From Puccinia triticina (taxonomy: Eukaryota), in NCBI GenBank assembly GCA_026914245.1, contig CP110439.1:2728001-2792000 (forward strand): a stretch of DNA of 64,000 nucleotides. Reading direction: 5' to 3'. Below are positions 35,793-49,100 of the stretch, piece after piece. The notes beneath the pieces are model-generated. The model worked only from the letters and a program-made list of their open reading frames with translations. It did not search any database and had not been told where the DNA came from. The position numbers and the translations under genes were made by a program. Positions within the stretch are counted from its first letter, which is position 1. The number at the start of each line of letters is the position of its first letter.

Positions 35793-37604
35793 ATGTCTGC
35801 GATCACCCTGCTGGCCTCCTTCGGCTTCTCGCTCGCCGGCTACTTCCTCACCAGCTCACTCATCCCCACCCTCTCAGCCACGCTCATCAGCGCCGGCCTC
35901 AGGGGCAAAGACCTCCTCAAGGGAACCTCAACCGGCGGCGGCGGCTTCCTCACCAACCCAACATCAACACCAGCAACCTCTCCTCCTCCAAAACCAAAAC
36001 CAAAATCAAAACTAGACAGCCAGCAGTTCATGTGCGTCGCGCTATCCCCTCTCTCTCTCCCGCAAGACTGCCTGCTGACCTATGCAGTGCTTGGAACCGG
36101 ACAGCCCAGAATCCACAGGCCTGATCGCTGGAAGCGTCTACGTATTAACGCTATGTCTATTTGTGCCGATTCCGTACTACACCCATCTCTTGCCGGAGAG
36201 CTTCCTTCCCGGCTCGACCGCGTTCACCAGCGCCAGTGATCAGGGCCCGATTCGGCCCCCGTTCCCGCTCAACAGTCTTACCGCAAATCTGGCTAGTATC
36301 CTCTCCCTCCTCTCCGCCGTCTTCCTGGGCTTCCTCGATGATGTTTTCGATATCCGCTGGAGATTTAAACTGCCAATACCTAGTTCGTGCCCCCTCTCTC
36401 TCTTCCTCTCCCATGATCACTGACTTCTTTTCATTTTTTTTGGGATCGGCTGTAGTCATCGCTTCGGTTCCTCTTCTCACCGTTTATGCCGCCTCTGCTG
36501 GTAGTACGGATATCATTGTTCCGCATATCTTTGGTCTCCGAGCTTTTCTTGGAGTCGAGAAAATCAATGGATTAATAAGCATAGGTAACCTTCTCCCCTC
36601 CTTGCTTCTTTTCTTCTTCTTCTTCAAAAAAAAAAAAAACCCGCATTTTCTTCAACTAGGTTCTACAGAAAGAGAAAGAGAGTCTTACAAATAAATGTGG
36701 GACGATGGGTGGGTGCTGAAGGGCCGTTATATTACATATATATGTCGATGTTGTCGACGTTTTGTACGAACAGTATCAACATTCTAGCGGGGATCAACGG
36801 GGTCGAAGTGGGCCAATCGATCATCATCTGTCTGTCGATCATCTGCAACGATCTGCTCTACATCCATCTCGACCTCGCCGAGTTCGGGCTGCCCCATCGG
36901 CTCACATTCGGCTTCGCCAACGGATCCAAACAGCTCGAAGATCGCCATCTGTTCTCGCTGTGCTTGATGATGCCTCTCTTGGCTGTCATGCTCGCACTCA
37001 TCAAGTACAATTGGTCAGTCAATCCCCCAACCTCAACCCCTCAGTCCCATACATACGCACACCCTGACGACACGCCTTCTCCTTCGGCAACAAAAGGTAT
37101 CCTGCTAGGGCTTTCGTCGGAGATACGTTCTGTTATTTCGCTGGAATGGCCTTTGCAGTCGTCGGAATCCTCGGCCATTTCTCGAAAACATTACTCTTGT
37201 TCTTCATCCCTCAGATCCTAAACTTCCTCTACTCCACTCCGCAACTCTTCGGCATACTGCCGATTTCTCGCCACCGCTTGCCGTCCCGAGATCCGCACAC
37301 AAACACCTTACGACCATCCATGGTGATCTTTGAGTTTCCGCTTTCGGACAAGTCGGTCAAGGCTAAGGTCTTGGGAGTTCTCGAAGCTCTGCGATTGATC
37401 AAGCTGGCCAGAAATAAAGAGACAAGTATCATCGCTTGTTCTAACCTCACTCTCCTCAACCTCACCCTCATCTGGCTCCCCAACCTCAACGAACTTCAAC
37501 TCTCTTCGACGATCCTCGGCTTTCAAGTCTTCTCTAACTTCTTCTTGGGCTTCTTTATTCGCTACTTTCTCACTGACTTGTTCTATGACCCCCGTCTTAG
37601 ATAA
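35793..37604 (+). CDS. ALG7: UDP-GlcNAc:dolichyl-phosphate GlcNAc-1-phosphotransferase (GPT/DPAGT1), multi-exon
   Basis: GLRGKDLLK, IPESTG, GFLDDVFDIRWRFKL, FCTNSINILAGINGVEVGQ, YPARAFVGDTFCYFAG, GHFSKTLLLFFIPQILNF, separated by GT-AG introns. Confidence 0.93.
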
Positions 37605-37619
37605 AAAACCTCCTTGCTC

Positions 37620-38082
37620 CAAGGCTGAAACGCTGCGCTGCGCTACAAAAAAGCGGTCTTTTAGCGCAGCGCAGCGGGGAACCGCTGCGCGGTCAGCCCA
37701 AAAAGCGGTAGCGCAGCGCCAGTCCCGCTGCGCTACCGCTGAAAATAGCGGGGGCCCGCTTTTTCCCCGACCCAAAAAGCGGTAGCGCAGCGGACGGGGC
37801 CGCTCCTTTCAGCACCGGCCACCAGAACAGCTGCGCTTTGCTCTGCGCTGCGCTTTTTTGGCTGGCAGCGGGGGAGCGCTGCGCGGCCAGGTCAAAAAGC
37901 GGTAGCGCAGCAATGGTTCCGCTGCGCTACCGCTGAAAGTAGCGGTTCCCCGCTTCTTGCCAGACCCAAAAAGCGGTAGCGCAGCGAGCGGGGCCGCTAC
38001 TTTCAGCGCAGCGCAGCGGCCACCAAAACCGCTGTGCTTCACCCTGCGCTGCGCTTTTTGAAGCGCAGCGCTTTCACCCTTG
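37620..38082. mobile_element. hAT-like MITE just after the ALG7 stop
   Basis: TIRs caaggctgaaacgctgcgct and agcgcagcgctttcacccttg. cttgctc is duplicated on both flanks. Internal gcgctgcgct and agcggtagcgcagc repeats. Confidence 0.8.
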
Positions 38083-39138
38083 CTTGCTCTTCCTAAAAAA
38101 GAAACACTTGCTTGCTCTGGTTGCTCTTTGCTCCTCTACACAGCGGGACAGGTTCCTGCAAAGCCTGCGCGGCTGATAGCTGCCACAATCAGTTTGATAT
38201 CTGATTGACTGGCAATGCCAGATGTTGGACCCAACCAGCTCTATACTACATACACGAATAAAAGACAAAGGAGTGTTGCAGACACTGTGTCAGAAAACAT
38301 TCAAGTACCAACCTGGACAGTTGACCATGGTCCATGACTCCTGGCAACATGAAAAAAATGAGGGGAATAGGTGTTGAGTGACATTCAGTAACATCTGGGG
38401 AAACTCCAGTAGGACTCTGACAGCACTGCCCTTGAAAAACTATAGCCCCTTAAGAGATTAGCGGGGCACTGATGGATGTGACTTACCATGCCCTTCCATT
38501 CTCTGGCTGAGCCAGGCAGGCTTGGCCACTGGAGCTTGTGCATCAAAACCCTCCAAACTCCACCCTGTCACACCCACATGTCAAGATCCATTGGGATCAT
38601 GAAACCATCTTGTATGGAGTCAAATGGAGCCAACTTTGCACCTATCATCAACCCAACACAGTGTCAGGATCCAGCAACCACTGTCTATGACCATGCAATA
38701 ATGCCAGCTGGCTTGCCCTGGTGCTGACCTGTGATTTGGGAACATATGTGATATTGCAAACAGAGTGGTCAAGTGGGAGACCATGCTCTTTCAGCCCCAG
38801 ATCATGACGTGAATTGGTTTGGTTTGGGCCCAAAAACAGTGCCTGAACCCAACCCAATTGTGTCATCTTGGGTTGGGGTAGATTTGCAAATATGCCTCCC
38901 AGATCCAACCTGATAAGTTTATAAGTTGGGTTGGATGGGTTTGGGTCTTGTGATTTGCTCTCAATATCTGCCTGAACCCAACCTGCAACCTGGCAGTTCT
39001 TGGGTTGGCCTAAGCCATTAACACCCAGAAAGAGGACCCACTTGCAATGTATAATGTGGTGTCCAAATGGCAGATGAGGATTTATGCTTTCAAAAGCACT
39101 TGGACCGGACCACTGTTCTAAACTGTACTACAGGACCA

Positions 39139-39536
39139 TGTGTTGATGGCTAGCAAATCTTGCTACAGCCCTGTTACTATGTTGTTGGAAGAATTTTAGT
39201 ACTTGTTATGACCAAATCTGTGGAGAGGAAGATGAGATCTGGGGGTTCTGGATCCTATATAGTAGATTTCAGGATGAGGAAGAGGTCTGGACTGTCAGGT
39301 TGTGGTTCTGCTACTCTTAGCTTTATCATACCTGCTGGTGTCACTCATTCATGACCTGTCATTTACAGGTCTTACCCTCAATTAGGGATCTTCATGTGAC
39401 ACCAGTGGATGTTCTTTCACCCACCTGCAGCCATTCATATCCAAGCGTCCTTAGTACAGTGGTTAGTACACTTGACATGGAATAAGAGACATGGGTTCAA
39501 CTCCCATAGGACACATTTATTTTATGGAGTTTCACA
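39139..39536. mobile_element. Possible solo LTR or SINE-like element carrying a tRNA-derived segment
   Basis: tgtg...caca ends, with ggacc next to both ends. Confidence 0.35.
39445..39514 (+). pseudogene. Degenerate tRNA-like sequence
   Basis: Acceptor gcgtcct/aggacac, D arm gtac-agtggtta-gtac (A box), T arm atggg-ttcaact-cccat (B box). Anticodon arm is irregular. Confidence 0.6.
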
Positions 39537-39717
39537 GGACCTCCAGTCTCTCAAACAAGGCCGCACATATTACCCTACAGTGAGCTTTGTAGCTTTGTAA
39601 TTTAGCAGTTTTTGCGGCCACTAAGCTAATATTACAGTGTAGGAAAGACTCAGCTACAATTACAGCTACAAATTGGATGAGAAAAAAGTGCATGTTTAGC
39701 TGCAAATTACAGCTAAT

Positions 39718-39818
39718 TAGAGATGGCCTCTTGCACCCGGTTACCCACCGCGGGTGCGGGTACCCGCCTGAAATTTTGCAAATTCTTAACACCCGCACCT
39801 GCACCCGGCACCCTCCGG
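39718..39818. mobile_element. Truncated hAT-like MITE end
   Basis: tagagatggcc start with acccg/cgggt subterminal motifs, like those in 43655-44790. Confidence 0.4.
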
Positions 39819-42414
39819 TAGGAGTGTGCCAAAGCACACTCTGTTAGTAGGAGTGTGCCATAGCACACTCTGTTAGTAGGAGTGTGCCAAAGCACACTCT
39901 GTTAGTAGGAGTGTGCCAAAGCACACTCTGTTAGTAGGAGTGTGCCAAAGCACACTCTGTTAGTAGGAGTGTGCCAAAGCACACTCTGTTAGTAGGAGTG
40001 TGCAAAAGCACACTATGTTAGTAGGAGTGTGCAAGAGCACACTCTGTTAGTAGGAGTGTGCAAGAGCACACTCTGTTAGTAGGAGTGTGCCAGAGCACAC
40101 TCTGTTAGTAGGAGTGTGCCAAAGCACACTATGTTAGTAGGAGTGTGCAAGAGCAAACTCTGTTAGTAGGAGTGTGCAAGAGCACACTCTGTTAGTAGGA
40201 GTGTGCCAGAGCACACTCTGTTAGTAGGAGTGTGCCAAAGCACACTCTGTTAGTAGGAGTGTGCCAAAGCACACTCTGTTAGTAGGGGTGTGCCAAAGCA
40301 CACTCTGTTAGTAGGGGTGTGCCAAAGCACACCCTGTTAGTAGGAGTGTGCCAAAGCACACCCTGTTAGTAGGAGTGTGCAAGAGCACACTCCGTGATAG
40401 GAGTGTGCAAGCGCACCCTTGGTGATAGGAGTGTGCCAAGGCACCGTGATAGGAGTGTGCCAAGGCACCGTGATAGGAGTGTGCCAAGGCACCGTGATAG
40501 GAGTGTGCCAAGGCACACTCTGTCATAGGAGTGTGCCAAAGGACACTCTGTCATAGGAGTGTGCCAAAGCACACTCTGTCATAGGAGTGTGCCAAAGCAC
40601 ACTCTGTCATAGGAGTGTACCAAAGCACACTCTGTCATAGGAGTGTACCAAAGCACACTCTGTCATAGGAGTGTGCCAGAGCACACTCTGTCATAGGAGT
40701 GTGCCAAAGCACACTCCATCATAGGAGTGTGCCAAAGCACACTCCATCATAGGAGTGTGCCAAAGCACACTCCCTCATAGGAGTGTGCCAAAGCACACTC
40801 TGTCATAGGAGTGTGCCAAAGCACACTCCATCATAGGAGTGTGCCAAAGCACACTCCATCATAGGAGTGTGCCAAAGCACACTCCATCATAGGAGTGTGC
40901 CAAAGCACACTCCCTCATAGGAGTGTGCCAAAGCACACTCCCTCATAGGAGTGTGCCAAAGCACACTCCCTCATAGGAGTGTGCCAAAGCACACTCCCTC
41001 ATAGGAGTGTGCCAAAGCACACTCCCTCATAGGAGTGTGCCAAAGCACACTCCCTCATAGGAGTGTGCCAAAGCACACTCCCTCATAGGAGTGTGCCAAA
41101 GCACACTCCCTCATAGGAGTGTGCCAAAGCACACTCCCTCATAGGAGTTTGCCAAAGCACACTCCGTTAGTAGGAGTGTGCCAAAGCACACTCCATCATA
41201 GGAGTGTGCCAAAGCACACTCTGTCATAGGAGTGTGCCAAAGCACACTCCCTCATAGGAGTGTGCCAAAGCACACTCCCTCATAGGAGTGTGCCAAAGCA
41301 CACTCCCTCATAGGAGTGTGCCAAAGCACACTCCCTCATAGGAGTGTGCCAAAGCACACTCCCTCATAGGAGTTTGCCAAAGCACACTCCGTTAGTAGGA
41401 GTGTGCCAAAGCACACTCCGTTAGTAGGAGTGTGCCAAAGCACACTCCGTTAGTAGGAGTGTGCCAAAGCACACTCCGTTAGTAGGAGTGTGCCAAAGCA
41501 CACTCCGTTAGTAGGAGTGTGCCAAAGCACACTCCGTTAGTAGGAGTGTGCCAAAGCACACTCCGTTAGTAGGAGTGTGCCAAAGCACACTCCGTTAGTA
41601 GGAGTGTGCCAAAGCACACTCCCTCATAGGAGTGTGCCAAAGCAACCTCCGTTAGTAGGAGTGTGCCAAAGCACACTCCGTTAGTAGGAGTGTGCCAAAG
41701 CACACTCCGTTAGTAGGAGTGTGCCAAAGCACACTCCCTCATAGGAGTGTGCCAAAGCACACTCCGTTAGTAGGAGTGTGCCAAAGCACACTCTGTTAGT
41801 AGGAGTGTGCCAAAGCACACTCGGTTAGTAGGAGTGTGCTAAAGCAAAGCACACTGCGTTAGTAGGAGTGTGCCAAAGCACACTGCGTTAGTAGGAGTGT
41901 GCCAAAGCACACTGCGTTAGTAGGAGTGTGCCAAAGCACACTGCGTTAGTAGGAGTGTGCCAAAGCACACTGCGTTAGTAGGAGTGTGCCAAAGCACACT
42001 GCGTTAGTAGGAGTGTGCCAAAGCACACTGCGTTAGTAGGAGTGTGCCAAAGCACACTGCGTTAGTAGGAGTGTGCCAAAGCACACTGCGTTAGTAGGAG
42101 TGTGCCAAAGCACACTCTGTTAGTAGGAGTGTGCCAAAGCACACTCTGTTAGTAGGAGTGTGCCAAAGCACACTCTGTTAGTAGGAGTGTGCCAAAGCAC
42201 ACTCTGTTAGTAGGAGTGTGCCAAAGCACACTCTGTTAGTAGGAGTGTGCCAAAGCACACTCTGTTAGTAGGAGTGTGCCAAAGCACACTCTGTTAGTAG
42301 GAGTGTGCCAAAGCACACTCTGTTAGTAGGAGTGTGCCAAAGCACACTCTGTTAGTAGGAGTGTGCCAAAGCACACTCTGTTAGTAGGAGTGTGCCAAAG
42401 CACACTCCGTTAGT
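39819..42414. repeat. 28-29-bp hairpin tandem array (copy B, ~90 units); degenerate units continue at ~42650-42920
   Basis: Same unit as array A, arranged in blocks of linker variants. Confidence 0.97.
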
Positions 42415-43654
42415 ATCATTCCTTGCCCCACTCCTCTTGAGGCTCAATACCAACCAAAAATCATCATCCCTCAACGCACTACTCTTAAAGCTCAACACCA
42501 ACCAACAATCATTATTCCTTGCCATGCACCTCTTAAAGCTCAGCGCCAACCCACAGTCATTATTCCTTGCCAGGTCCCTCAAAAAATCTCCACCGGCTAT
42601 TTTCAAGCTCAACACAACAGTAATTATTCCTTGCTAGTCCCTCCTATTACAGAATGTGCCAAAGCACACTCCGTAATAGGGGTGTGCCAAGGCACACTCT
42701 GTAATAGGAATGTGCAAAGCGCACTCTGTCAAAGGAATCTGCCAAATCACACTCTGTAATAGGAATGTGCTAAAGCACATGCCGTAATGGGAATTTATCA
42801 AATCACATGCCGTCAAACAAATGTGGCAAAGCACACCCGGTAATAGGAATATTCCAAAGCACACTCCGTAATAGGAGTGTGTACAGAGTTTCCTTTGGCA
42901 CACTTCTATTACTGAGTGTGCATATCCCTTTTCCCATTTGGTCACTCCTTGGTACATAAATACAAAATTCCACATACTCCAGTTTCACACCAAGGCTCAA
43001 ATTTCTTTACCAAGACAATAAATTTGCCTGCACTTCCTTATCCCGCTGATGAACCCCCAATGAGGTCAGACACCTGCACAACATTTGCCCCTGGGATTTT
43101 GGGTCCTTGGCTTTTGCTCTTGTACCAACATCATAAGAAAATAATCATGTTTCCTCTTCCCTAGCAAGTAAGGATTGACATCAGCTGGCAGTTGCAGTAC
43201 CAACCTTGGCTAAAACGGTAATTTGGAATATTAGGCTCAAAGGTGAGTGAACTTAAAATGTGAATTGATTTTTGTTACATTTGGTCTGATATTGACATAC
43301 ATTTCTTTTTTTAATCAGATCATCTCGTGCCCCTCCCACCTTCCAGATATCCAGGTTGTCATCCAGGCCTTTCAACAAAATCTGCAGGCTCAACATGAAG
43401 AAACCCACTGCCTCATCAACACCCAACTGGATGATCCTGATGGCTGTGTGGCCAATATTGACAGCAGAGTGGCTTAAATAAAGTGTAGAATGGCCAATAT
43501 TGACAGCCAAGTGGCCAACATTGAACACTGGTTGGTCAATTCTGAACTCCCGCTAGCTAACCTGAATGCAGAAGTTGCATCTCTGAAGGATGCTGCAGAC
43601 ACGCAACTTCAAGAGAACATTGAGGTCAAAACTTGGATCCAACAATGATTGCAG

Positions 43655-44790
43655 TAGAGATTGCCAAGTGGACACGCGCGCAGGTACCCGGGAACCGCGT
43701 GGGGTACCCACCACATGGCGTCGGGTACCCGCGCGGGGGTGCTGTGTACGGGTCCGGGTGTGGGATTTTGGGCAAAAAAGCACCAGGTACCCAGATACCC
43801 GCGGCAGGCGGATCTTCCAGGTACCCAGGTACCCGCTGTTACGGTCACCAAGGGGGTTGATTCCTCGAGATGACCGGGACAGATTCTGGTTATCAAGGGG
43901 AATCAGCCCTCTCGATGACAGGGACGGACCCCGGTCATCGAGAGGAATACAGCCCTCTTGATTACCGGGATCTGTCCCGGTCATCAAGAAGAATCAGCCC
44001 TCCCGATGACCGGGATTTGTCCTGGTCATTGGGAGGGTCAGGGTTGTTTTCTCTTGATGACCGGGACAGATCCTGGTCATCGGGAGGAATAAACCCTCTT
44101 GATGACCGGGAAAGACCCTGGTCATTGAGAGGAATTTAACCCTCTAGGTGACCCAGACAGATCTTGGTCATCAAGGGGAATCAGCCCTCTCGATGACCGG
44201 GACAGATCCTGGTCATTGAGAGGAAACAACCCTCTCGATGACTGGGACAGAACCCAGTCATCGAGATAAAACAACACTCTTTATGACCAAGACAGGACCC
44301 GGTCATTGAGAGGAAACAACCCTCTTGATGACCGTGACAGAACCCGGTCATTGTGAGGAAACAAACCTCTCGATGACCGGGATAGAACCCGCTCATGGAG
44401 AGGTTTGTTTCCTCTTGATGACTGGGACAGACCCCGGTCATCAAGAGGAAACAAGCCTCTTGATGAGCGGGGTCTATCCCGGTCATTGAGAGGGTTGTTT
44501 CCTCCCAATTACCAGGATCTCTCCCGGTCATCAAGAGGAAACAACCCTCCCGATGACTGAGACAGAGCCCGGTCATCGAGAGGAACCATCACTCTTGATG
44601 AAAAGTCTGTAGCTGTCATTGAGTGAGGGTGTTGGATAAAGAAAAGCACAAGTAACCACGGTACCCGCAAAAAGTACCGCTGGTACCTGCCCGCGGGTGC
44701 CATGTATGGGTACGGGTGTCTGAATATCACAAAAAACACCGCGGGTACCCGGACACGCGGCAGGTACCCGGGTCCACTTGGCAATCTCTA
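43655..44790. mobile_element. hAT-type non-autonomous element with internal ~42-bp hairpin tandem repeats
   Basis: gattgcag|tagagattgccaagtggac...gtccacttggcaatctcta|gattgcag: perfect 19-bp TIR and 8-bp TSD. Internal repeats of cctctcgatgaccggga..ccggtcatcgagagg. Splits a decayed coiled-coil ORF (~43320-43654). Confidence 0.92.
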
Positions 44791-45139
44791 GATTGCAGGA
44801 CCTCAGCAGATGTCCATGAGGCCATAGAGGTTGATCTCCTACTCACTTCTAATCCTCAACCATCACTGTCTCTACCGTCAAAAATATCTCTTTTCCTTTT
44901 CTTGAAATTTGATGCTGTCAGCCTATGTGATGCCAAGGACAAATCCTTCTAGCTACACGTGGTGCAAAATCAGATACGTGTTTACTTTGCACACGGAGGG
45001 AAACTCGTTGCACACGGGAATTTCCGTTGACTTGACGTCAGGTGATGTCGGGCCCCCCTCCGTGCGCGCCACCAGCTGCCCTCAAAAAAACTATCCGCAC
45101 ACAGGGGTGCCGTGCGGTTACTGCTGGCCGGGTTGAGAC

Positions 45140-45480
45140 ACTCCTGCCATCCAGAGGAAACAATACCCTCGATGACAGGCACAGACCGGTCATCAAGAGA
45201 CTACATCCCTCTCAATGACCGGAATAGACTGGTCATTGAGAGGACACATCCCCCTTGATGACTGGTACAGACCGGTCATTGAGAGGCTACATCCCTCTCA
45301 ATGACCGGCACAGACCGGTTATCAATAGGCTACATCCCTCTCAATGCCCGGCATTCCGGTCATCAAGAGGCTAAATCCCTCTCAATGACTGGCATAGACC
45401 GGTCAGCAATAGGCTACATCCCTCTTGATGACCGGAATTGACTAGTCCTCAGGAGGTTACATCCCTCCCAATGACCGGAG
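45140..45480. repeat. Tandem hairpin repeats related to the hAT interior
   Basis: Units of ccctctcaatgaccgg...ccggtcatcaagagg. Confidence 0.7.
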
Positions 45481-46199
45481 TATACCGGTACCTCCGCCGC
45501 TGATGGTCAAACGAGCGCTGCTCAAGACCCTCCACCTGATCATATTTTCTACACCATGGGTGAAGCGCGTCGAAATTATTTCGATCGCCCACCAAAATGC
45601 TTTCGGTTGGCCCGCCTGCAAGGGCGGACCGTCCATTGACGGTCGGTGATTCTCCAGAAAGCAATCCAGCGGTTTACTGGATGGGATTCCGAATTTATTT
45701 CGGATTGCCAACCCCATTCCGAATTGCTTTCGATGGGTATTTGGAATGGTGACGGGTTGGCGCGGGCTGCTGAAGGCTTGAAAATGCAAGTGGGCAACTG
45801 GTCAAACAAAAGGGGGGATTGAACCAGCACCAATTGGCTGATCCATCCCACAGGAGCTGCTTGACCACTATACTAGACACACTATGCAGTCAGGTGTGTG
45901 ATTAGTGGATATATTATAAGGCTGCATTTGTGGGGCTTTCCCGGTCGTATACAAAACTATTCCGGGGAAAATCCAGGAAAGAAACCGGAATGAAATTCCG
46001 GTCTGTTTCCTGGAATGAAGTCGAATGAATTCCGACTTCATTCCGGCGCAGACCCATCTTTTCAGGTTTGGGTTTAACCCGAATTGCAAATTGGAATGAT
46101 TCCGGTCCTTTGACCAGACCAGAAGCATTCCGATCACTTTTTGGTTTTTCTTGCCCTCCAGTATTTTTACTGGATTCAAACTTTAAAACTTCACCTGTG

Positions 46200-49100
46200 G
46201 TGTAGACCCTGCTGCTGATGGGATGGCGAGGGGACTTGATGCTACCCTTTGTATTGTGCGTCAACTGCAGCTGTCAGATTCATTAACAGCGCCACTCGTA
46301 CCACTGATTTTGACAGCTTTGACATCATTTATGGACGTTCTGGATTGAAGTATGTACATCAAGAGATCCTCCTTTCTATTTTTACATTAGCCGGTGATAA
46401 GGCGGCGAGACTGACGACCATCTCTTTGTCTTTATTTCTTTTGGCTTGCTTCCATCTCGGATTGTTACGGCCGGGTCGAACGACATGCTCGCCTTCTAAA
46501 TGAGCAGACCGTTTGTTTCTTTTTGGGGAGTCTGGAAGTGGGTCCAAGTGCCCTACATATGGACCGGTAGGTGCCCGCAGAACCTGGTTGAGTATAAAAG
46601 ACCTCCCATCTCTCCTGGAAATCTTACCCTCAACCACCATCTCACTCTTATCCATTCTACAGTATACCTGAGTTCCTTTAGACTATCCTCCGTTTGTTTG
46701 TTTTTACTGTTTGCTAGCCGGGATTCTCCATCCACAATCCCATCCTGATCATGGATGGATCAATATATCAAGGAGGGACTATCACCCCTGCTTGGTTTCA
46801 GTGGACCAGGCAGTGAATGAAGTCCGTTAATCACACGGACCTCGGTTCTGTGCCAAACGAACTTGAGAGGATCGAGCTGCTGGAGATGGGGCTGCTCCAA
46901 CCAAGCGCCCATTCACTGTTGACAGAGCCGCGGTCGCTGAAGTGATGTTTCAACTGTACTGATACTGCTTATTGGTATTGGATATCGCATTGTGTATCCA
47001 GTACTAACAATAGACTCTGGCCGGTAGATTATTGCCCCGGGCGGATTCCCTGTCCCTGCTCGCTGTGTCTGACACCAAGGCCCAGATACTGACCATCCCT
47101 TTGTGGACAATCCAATCCGCTTGTCAAGCAAGTGAATTCTGTAAGTCATTGGCTCTTCTTATCCGTTTATGTCGGGCCCCCGGCTGTGTGAATATCCGGT
47201 CCAGTAGAGCAAAAGGATACTAGGAAAGCTCCCCCGGCTCCGTCCAAGTTTGAAACCCCATTCAAGGGTTCCCCCCTCTTTAATTTTTGAGCATATCCAA
47301 TGTTGATCTTCAGTTATAAATGCCTCTAGTTGTAATAGATTAATAGCCTTGTCCAGATTGTTGAAATTTTTCATTGATCCAGCTGAATTTTTTTTTTTTA
47401 AAAAATCCAAAACCCAAAAAATAAAGTGGAAGCCCCCTCCCCCAACTTATCAGGTTGTCCTCAACCTGTGAGATGATAAGTATGTGTGAGTAAGGTAAGC
47501 AAGAAAAGAAAAAAGATTGTGAGTTTTTAAGGAGTGGATTGAGTCAGAATGGTGAGTGAACTGATCAGTGGTGGAAGATGTAAACTAGAAAAAGAGGAAA
47601 GGGAGGAAGGCGGGAGAAGAATGGCTAAATAAAGGAGTAAGTTCCTCCCCCAACTTCAAAAGAATGACTGATTTGTGTTGGTTTGAACAGTTTAGTCTCA
47701 TGCCCAGGAGGTAGATTTAGTTTGAGATTTTCATAGAATTTGAGGGATTCTGAATTGGGGAAAGTATTATTGTAAGGGTGATGGAGGGAGGATGGTGATG
47801 AAAAAGTGACTTTGTGAAAGAATGTGAGTTCCTCCCCCAACTTGAAAGATTTAAGCCCCAATAGTTTCAGAATTTAGAGCTGATATCTGGTTTTGGTGAT
47901 TTAGGAACAAGAAAATGATAAATCTTTAACCAATTCCAACAAGGAGCCTTGGGTGGTTGAAGTGTGTCTGAAGTTGACTGAAGCGGTCGGGCGGGATCTT
48001 CAGTGACGGTTGAACCAGGAGCTTCCTGAGTGAGTAAAATAAGTGAATAAATTGATTCCTTTGTGATTCAAGATGATATAGATTGTTGATTGGTCTTTCC
48101 AGCTCCTGTTTAGGTTCTGAATGGTCTTCATTGAGTTTGCTACTTGAATTTATTGTTGTTAAGTTAATATCTGGTGGTACCGGTGCAGGCGGCAAGATAA
48201 AAATGTCTTCAGAGGGTGTACAGATTGGATTTGGGCTGATTGTATTTTGTGAGTCTGTTGGGTTAAGATCTGTAGTAGTACTAATACTTGGGTTGCATAT
48301 ACTGATAGTCTTGCCTTCATTTTCTCCAGGGTCTGTATCTGTGGGTCCTGGGGCTTGAAGGGACAGTTTGTTGAAAATTTCTTCTTGTTGATCCAAGTGA
48401 GGTTTAAAGAGGTGCTTGTTGAAAATTTTGCTTCCTGGTTTGTTGATATCTTCAATCAAAACTATAGCCGGGATGTGAGAAAATTGAGGATCCTGAACTG
48501 TTGTTTCTGTAAGGATAGAATCTTCAATTTGTGAGTCATGGTTGTTGATTTGAGGCGTCTGATGATCCACAGTTTGGTTTTGTTGAATAGATTGGTCCAA
48601 AATTCCTTCCTGATCCATGCTGATTGCCATATCCACATCATTTGAGCCAAATTCTGGTATGACAATAACAAAGTGTTTAAGCTCTATTGGTGTATCCATT
48701 AAGTTTGACACTGTTTTCTGGTTTACCACCATATCCTGTAGATGAATTGTTGAGGCCGCTTGTTCAAAAACCAATTCCTGAGAGTAAGTTTCCATTTCCG
48801 TAATAGGTTCTGAATTATCCGTTATTGGTTCCAAAACATCCATAACAGGTTGTGTGATTTCCATGGCCGTTTCATGTTCACTTGGTTCTTCTGTGAATTG
48901 GAGTTGCTGGTTGTAATCCGGAGGTAAGTCTAGCGCCTTTGCTTGTTTTCGGAGTTCCACAAGTTCTTGCTGCAGAGTTTGGATTTGTTTCCAGAAGTAT
49001 TCCTCTATCTGTATAACTTCTATTTCCGCAGCGGCAACCAGGTGATTCCATTTGGTCACTTCATATTTCCCACTTTTCCCTTTTTGAAGCTGGCTGTTAT

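Noticed and set aside
39819..42414. CRISPR-like appearance of palindromic repeats with variable linkers (also 33197-34373 and 32059-32446)
   Set aside because: Linkers are only 5-10 nt and recur in blocks rather than being unique spacers. There are no cas genes and the context is eukaryotic.
43553..44784. Multiple repetitive ORFs
   Set aside because: They are translations of MITE tandem repeats.
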